The notes beneath the pieces are model-generated. The model did no database searches. It saw only the letters and a list, made by a program, of their open reading frames with translations, and was not told where the DNA came from. 64,000 nt of DNA from Entomortierella parvispora E1425 (taxonomy: Eukaryota; Fungi; Mortierellomycota), in contig BQFW01000007.1 in NCBI GenBank assembly GCA_020891255.1, positions 2,852,001-2,916,000 of the forward strand, written 5' to 3'. The position numbers and the translations under genes are program-made. Positions 58,223-64,000 of the stretch are shown piece by piece (within the stretch, counting starts at the first letter, position 1; each line of letters starts with the position of its first letter).

Positions 58223-58333
58223 TGTAACAGGAATACGGTGACATCACGCGATGTGTACCTACAAAAGCTAGAAACTTGCAATATAATAAAACTCACTTCT
58301 TGTCTCCACTCCACCCTCGATACTCCTATTGCA
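58223..58333 (+). repeat. 3' LTR (111 bp)
   Basis: Identical to the 5' LTR and followed by the TSD ATTCG. Confidence 0.96.
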
Positions 58334-59551
58334 ATTCGAGCACTACGAAGTATCAAACTTTGCCAGGAATCGCGCCTACAGCCGACATAACAGTGGCCAC
58401 TGGTTGGGGGTAGATTATCTAGGTATACAGGGAGTCCATCAAGGGCTGAGTAGGCTGTCATTCTGTACTTGTTATTGACTATACGTAACGCGGTCATTCT
58501 GGCGAATAGGGATTGGCCCTGGAGCACATGGACGAATGCACGACCCTTCAACTGGCCGGCTCTATCGCACCATGAACGTGCGCGATCCAGCAGGATGGAT
58601 GCGACAGTGTTCGGACGAAGGCACAGGGTAAGTCTTGATGGTGAAGGTCGACTGCTGTGCAAATTATTTCCAATAATCAATGGTTCAATTGACTTTTTCG
58701 GATTGATCTCTGTAGGAAACGTCGCAGCATACTGGTGGATGATACCGAATGGAAGCAGGAACTGGTAGTGCTCGGTATGAGGACAAAACAGGGCATCGAC
58801 TTTGCTCGATACCACGAACAGACTGGCCAAGACTTGATGCAGGTAAAAACTTGAACAGATCGTGGCGACGCTGTTGTTCCAGTTGTCAGGTTCTGATCAG
58901 ACCTGTTAAAAAATAGGTCCTTGACACAGAAGCAGTATTGGCATGTCTAGATGCAAAACTGCTAGTGCGCTCTGAGAGAACGATTGCACCGACAGAGCGT
59001 GGCATGGCGGTGGCAGACGAACTCGTAGCGCGGATCCTTCACTGAGGTTTCGCAGGACCAGAAGCACGTACGAAAAAGCCAACTCGGCAATCAAAGCTTG
59101 TTGCGACGTACGTGTTCTTGACAAAAGTGGTGGGGCAAAAAAAAAGCGAGAACGAGTTGCAGACGTTGAGAGCAATTGGTGCCTCTTCTCTTTGTTCTTT
59201 CTTGAAGTCTGTCCCTCTCTCTGCTGATGTCTCCCAGCCTGTCCTCCCGGTCCTTCCTCGCACGAGAGAAAAGAACTCGAGGGGGAGAGAAAGAAGGGGC
59301 ACGGTCTGTTGTTGCCATCTCACGCAAGCGCACCCTGCTGTCTGGGTCCCAAAAAGCCCGCCAGCCTATCAATATTTGCACATGAAACTGCCCTGAAAGA
59401 CAGTCATAAAGAAGCCAAAAGAAAGAATGCACCCACGCCGCCACTGTGGGTCCTCAATCAATAAAGGAGACAAAGCTTCGCGCCTTTTTTTTCTGTTTTC
59501 TCTTCTTTTCCCCATCCTTCCCTATACATCCCTCCCTCCCAACAACTCACA

Positions 59552-61162
59552 ATGGTCTACAAAGTCGGTATGTCTTCTAATCCCTCGCTTCGCTCTCAGG
59601 ACAGGCGTCAGATCAACCGTCATCTCGAAGATGTCCTGGTTCCCCTGGAATCTGGGACATTTCTAGAAATCGTGTGTGATCACCCCGTTCCCACACTCCA
59701 GATCTAGAGAATCCGTCTGCTCGAAGCTTGAACTGACCCCTTTCCTTTCATTTTTCTATTTTCTGCAATGGTTGCGACTTTCAGCTGATATCAGCCTTGC
59801 CGCTTTCGGTCGCAAGGAGATCGAGCTCGCCGAGAACGAGATGCCCGGTCTCATCGCTCTTCGCCAGAAGTACGGACCCTCCCAGGTCCTCAAGGGCGCC
59901 CGCATTGCTGGTTCCCTCCACATGACCATCCAGACCGCTGTCTTGATCGAGACCTTGACTGCTCTCGGTGCTGAGGTTACCTGGACTTCCTGCAACATTT
60001 TCTCCACCCAGGACCACGCCGCTGCCGCCATTGCCGAGTCCGGTGTCCCCGTAAGTGCCTTTGTCCCAGGAGCAGGAACAGACTGACCCATGATCAATTG
60101 AGAGAACCGGATTTTAACCACAGTTTGCTCATGTCCTTCTCTATGAAATAGGTCTTCGCCTGGAAGGGTGAGACTGATGAGGAGTACATGTGGTGCCTCG
60201 AGCAGCAGCTCCTCGCCTTCAAGGATGGCAAGGGCCCCAACCTGATCTTGGACGATGGTGGTGATTTGACCACCCTCATCCACGAGAGCCACCCCAACCT
60301 CTTGGCTGAGATCAAGGGTATCTCGGAGGAGACCACCACCGGTGTCCACCACTTGTACAAGATGCTCAAGGAGAACAAGCTCAAGGTTCCCGCCATCAAC
60401 GTCAACGACTCTGTCACCAAGTCCAAGTTCGACAACCTCTACGGATGCCGCGAGTCCCTCATTGATGGAATCAAGCGCGCCACCGACGTCATGATCGCCG
60501 GTAAGGTCGCCGTTGTTGCCGGATACGGTGATGTCGGTAAGGGTTCCGCTGCTGCCCTCAAGGGTATGGGTGCCCGTGTCATCGTCACCGAGATCGACCC
60601 CATCAACGCTCTCCAGGCTGCTATGGAGGGTTACGAGGTCACCACCATGGAGGAGGCCGTCAAGGAGGCCAACATCTTCGTCACCACCACCGGCTGCCGT
60701 GACATCATCCGCGGTGAGCACTTCTCTGTCATGAAGGATGACTCCATTGTCTGCAACATTGGTCACTTCGATATCGAGCTCGATGTCGCTTGGTTGAAGA
60801 AGAACGCCGTCAACCACGTCAACATCAAGCCCCAGGTTGACCGCTTCCAGGTCGCCTCCGGCAACCACATCATCCTTTTGGCTGAGGGTCGTCTTGTCAA
60901 CTTGGGATGCGCCACTGGCCACCCTTCGTTCGTCATGTCCAACTCCTTCTCCAACCAGGTCTTGGCTCAGATCGCTCTCTGGACCGACATTGAGTCCTAC
61001 CCCTTGGGCGTCCACATGCTCCCCAAGAAGCTCGATGAGGAGGTCGCTGCCTCTCACTTGGCCAAGATTGGTGTCAAGCTCACCAAGTTGACTCCCGTCC
61101 AGTCCGAGTACCTCGGCCTCAACCCCGAGGGTCCCTTCAAGCCCGAGCACTACCGCTACTAA
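59552..61162 (+). CDS. SAH1: S-adenosylhomocysteine hydrolase
   Basis: Exons 59552-59567, 59786-60050, 60152-61162. Motifs: [63 protein letters not shown]. Confidence 0.98.
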
Positions 61163-61561
61163 ATGTGGTCTCGCGAAGGCGGTGACCCCTAGGGCACACT
61201 AGTAAATAACATGACCAATTCAACTTGTACCATATTTCCCACCAAAACTTCCTGTATTATCTTGCCCTCATCATCGCACCCGTAATCGTGCTTTCCGTTT
61301 TTTCCCCTTCTTTATTTGTTCTCCTGCCCAAAGGCAGGTAGGCAATGCTTTGTTCAACCATTCGAGAAGAATAAAACATCTTTAAAAACAGACCAGTGAG
61401 AGAGAGAAAGAGGGGGAGAATGAAGAAAGACTTTCATCGACTCGCGTTGATACACGTGACGCTACATGATGCACGATGGATATGTATTGCGTGAAGGGGG
61501 CAGGACCACACCAACCGTCTTTCCTCTCTGTCCAGCTCCATACATTCATTCATTCTATGCA

Positions 61562-64000
61562 ATGAGCTCCTCTGGCGGTTCCTCTTCCTCTCCAGGACAC
61601 CACGCGGGATCTCCCTCCCAGCTCGCAGCGCCAGTCGCGTCCGCTTTGGCTTCCGCTTCGTCATCAGCGGCATCATCCACGTTCCCCTCTCCCATCCAGT
61701 CCGCCACATCACCGCGTCTCATGCCATCAAAATCACGACCCACCACTGCTCTCGTCTTTGGACAGCAGTCGCAGCCACATGCACCCGAGTCGCTTCCTGG
61801 CGATGAGTTCATGCTACCTTCCTCTCGTGAACAGTCATCCAAGACCCATCTTATTCACCCCGTGCGACATGCCCCCCGTCCGCGACAAGGGGTGAATGCA
61901 GTTGGTTTAGGGTTGGATCAGGACACAACGTCGGAGACAAGTGAGGATGTCGATGGTCGCCTGACAGATACCGAAGGCGATCCTCGAGAGGGAACACCAG
62001 TACTCGGAAGACCGACCGTTGTAGATGAGAATACAGCCCATAGTTCGACGGCGCTCGAGTCGTTGAAGGAGATTGAGGAGCACGACCACGAAGGACGTTT
62101 GAACAGAGGCATGGAATCCCGGCATCATGCAGGTGAACAGGATCAAAGTAGCGAAGCGGGCAGCACAGGAAGCTTAGATCCACATTCTGAGGCCACATTG
62201 GACCCGGCACTCTTCAGAGGTGAGGAGCGAGATGTACATTGAGAAGATTCTCTTGACAAAAGTTATTGACCTGATCTCACCATGACGCCACGATATAGAC
62301 AAACTAAAGATACTAGAGCCCAAAGCAGCAACAAGTCGGCCGTCGTCCCGTCTTCGTAGAACAGTCTCCAACAAGTCGTATGATTCGGATGATATCTCAA
62401 ACAACCACGGTGGCTACCAAAAGCATTATGGCGACGAGGACCACACAACTGGAGCATGGACGGCCCACCGCAAACATTTCTTCATCCTCAGCAGTGCAGG
62501 AAAACCCATATACGCGCGCTATGGAGACGAGTCAAGGATATCAAGTTATATGGGCGTCATTCAAGCACTGATCAGCTTCTTTGCCGACAACGAGGATTCT
62601 CTAAGATGTATCAATGCAGGTCAGCATAAGTTTGTGTTTTTGATAAAATCGCCTCTATACTTGGTGGCCGTGTCACGCACTGGAGAATCAGAGACTCAGG
62701 TATTGCACCAATCGCCAATATTGAGGAAAATGAGGGCCATTTTACTACAAAGAAGTTGTTCTAACTCATTTTTATGTTCTGGAAGCTTCGGGACCAGCTC
62801 GGCTATCTGTATTCACAAATTATCAGCGTTCTCACACATGCGCAGATGACACGGATATTCGAGCAGCGAAACAACTTTGACCTACGAGGCCTGATCGGTG
62901 GCACAGAGATCTTTTTGGACAGTCTTGGCAAGCTTATGAACTCGTATCCTGGGTTCATGCTTAGCGCCATCCAATGCCTGACAATGCCCAAAGAATTACG
63001 CGACAAAGTAGGCGGTGTTCTTGGGCGTGCAAAGTGCAAGGTAAGTTCATCTGTGAGATCTTTACTACCTATGAGTGCAATCGTAACCGTAGAACCCATT
63101 GGCCGATCTTACTCACTATTTTCAAACATCTTTTTAACAATAGTCTTTGTTGTATGCCATCCTGTTGACGCCGACTCAATTGATCACGCTTTTGAGACCG
63201 AGAACACATTCGCTCCACCCTTCAGACTTGCATCTTATTTTCAACCTACTCTCAGGATCTACGACGTTCGAAAGCTCGGAGTCTTGGACGCCAATTTGTT
63301 TACCAAAGTTCAACAACAAGAGCTTCTTGCATGCGTACATTTGTTACATTGCAAAGAACGTGTGCATGTTGCTCATCTCACCTGACAAGGATAGCTTTTT
63401 TGAGATGTCTCAAGTGAAACAGACTGTAGTGGAAGGCTTGGAGGCTAGTGGAATGCTTAGCTCGCTTGAAGACTACGCCGCAGCAGGAACTCGTGGCGGA
63501 TTCAATGCCAGTAAGAAACAAAAAAGAGAATAGCCCTCATTGGTTTGACAAATGACTGCTGAGTATCGAGCTACCGTTCTTACAAAGACTTGGTACGTCC
63601 TTTTTTTCACTAGGTGACACTGGTATACCAGGCTTGAGACATTTCCTCTACAAATCCAGGACTCATGTGCAATTCACCATGCCCGAGCTCACGGACCCAT
63701 ATACCAGTCTCTCCGCCAAGAAGCGGCTTTTGCGGCAATACAAGCATATGAACGAGAGGATGCATAGGAAGTCACGGCCGCTAAAGCTACTTTTTCATTC
63801 AAGCGAGCACGAAACAATGCTTGGTTGGGTAAGAATGACACATTCACGGGCATTGACTCTTCGACCCTTTGACTGTTTTAGACATATCCAACCGGTCTTC
63901 TGACGCCTTTCTTATGCTTGATTCGTCATTCCAAAAAAAAAAAAAAAAAAATAGGTCACTTCCGCGTTTGAGCTGTATGTTGCATTTGGACCGCTGGTAT
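61562..64000 (+). CDS. MON1: Vacuolar fusion protein Mon1 (SAND family), 3' end beyond the window
   Basis: Disordered N-terminus, then KHFFILSSAGKPIYARYGDE, NFDLRGLIGGTE, HPSDLHLIFNL, WTPICLPKFN, LRHFLYKSR. Confidence 0.92.

Larger units (their letters stand above)
53268..58333 (+). mobile_element. Full-length Ty3/Gypsy chromovirus LTR retrotransposon (5,066 bp)
   Basis: Identical TG...CA LTRs; 5-bp TSD ATTCG (53263-53267 and 58334-58338); PBS; PPT; gag, then PR-RT-RH-IN-chromodomain order. Confidence 0.97.
52036..59045 (+). pseudogene. RSAD1: Radical SAM HemW/RSAD1-like heme chaperone, disrupted by an LTR retrotransposon in a coding exon
   Basis: 5' part: [28 protein letters not shown]. 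Removing 53268-58338 restores GFEHYEVSNFAR..SRHN..DYLG|IGPGAHG. 3' exons: ELVVLGMRTKQGIDF...PTERGMAVADELV, stop at 59045. Confidence 0.92.

Noticed and set aside
59756-61150. 464-aa antisense ORF over SAH1, and similar antisense ORFs over UGP1 (49932-50384), GCV1 (25521-26090) and pol
   Set aside because: Shadow ORFs produced by strong codon bias of the sense genes; no independent motifs.
1-64000. CRISPR arrays, rRNA or tRNA genes, bacterial contig
   Set aside because: None seen. Spliceosomal introns occur throughout. The only tRNA-like sequence is the antisense PBS block of the retrotransposon.

Overview
Intron-rich fungal genomic DNA, most consistent with Mortierellaceae (inferred from gene families and intron style). 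Bases 1-25.3 kb form an accessory island. It holds five paralogous 8-exon Ser/Thr kinase genes, all on the + strand: two catalytically canonical, two likely pseudokinases and one degenerate recent duplicate. All five share hidden 11-nt and 8-nt microexons that the ORF track misses. Interleaved with them are a 2-exon RNI/LRR-like gene, a head-to-head small gene sharing its N-terminal domain, a secreted histidine-phosphatase gene, an intronless 1879-aa NACHT-pentapeptide-WD40 (NLR-like) gene and a decayed WD40 relic. From 25.5 kb onward the region is mostly conserved housekeeping genes: GCV1, an FN3/coiled-coil membrane protein, SPT2, a small PY-motif membrane protein, a TEA transcription factor, SEC62, RFWD3, UGP1, an orphan membrane protein, RSAD1/HemW, SAH1 and MON1 (truncated by the window end). 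RSAD1 is split inside a coding exon by a full-length 5,066-bp Ty3/Gypsy chromovirus. The element has identical 111-bp LTRs, an ATTCG target-site duplication, a -1 frameshift signal and an extended tRNA-iMet-complementary leader. Several single-base indels in homopolymers look like assembly errors. The best candidate for an undescribed system is the kinase/pseudokinase + NLR + LRR island; its function is inference only.
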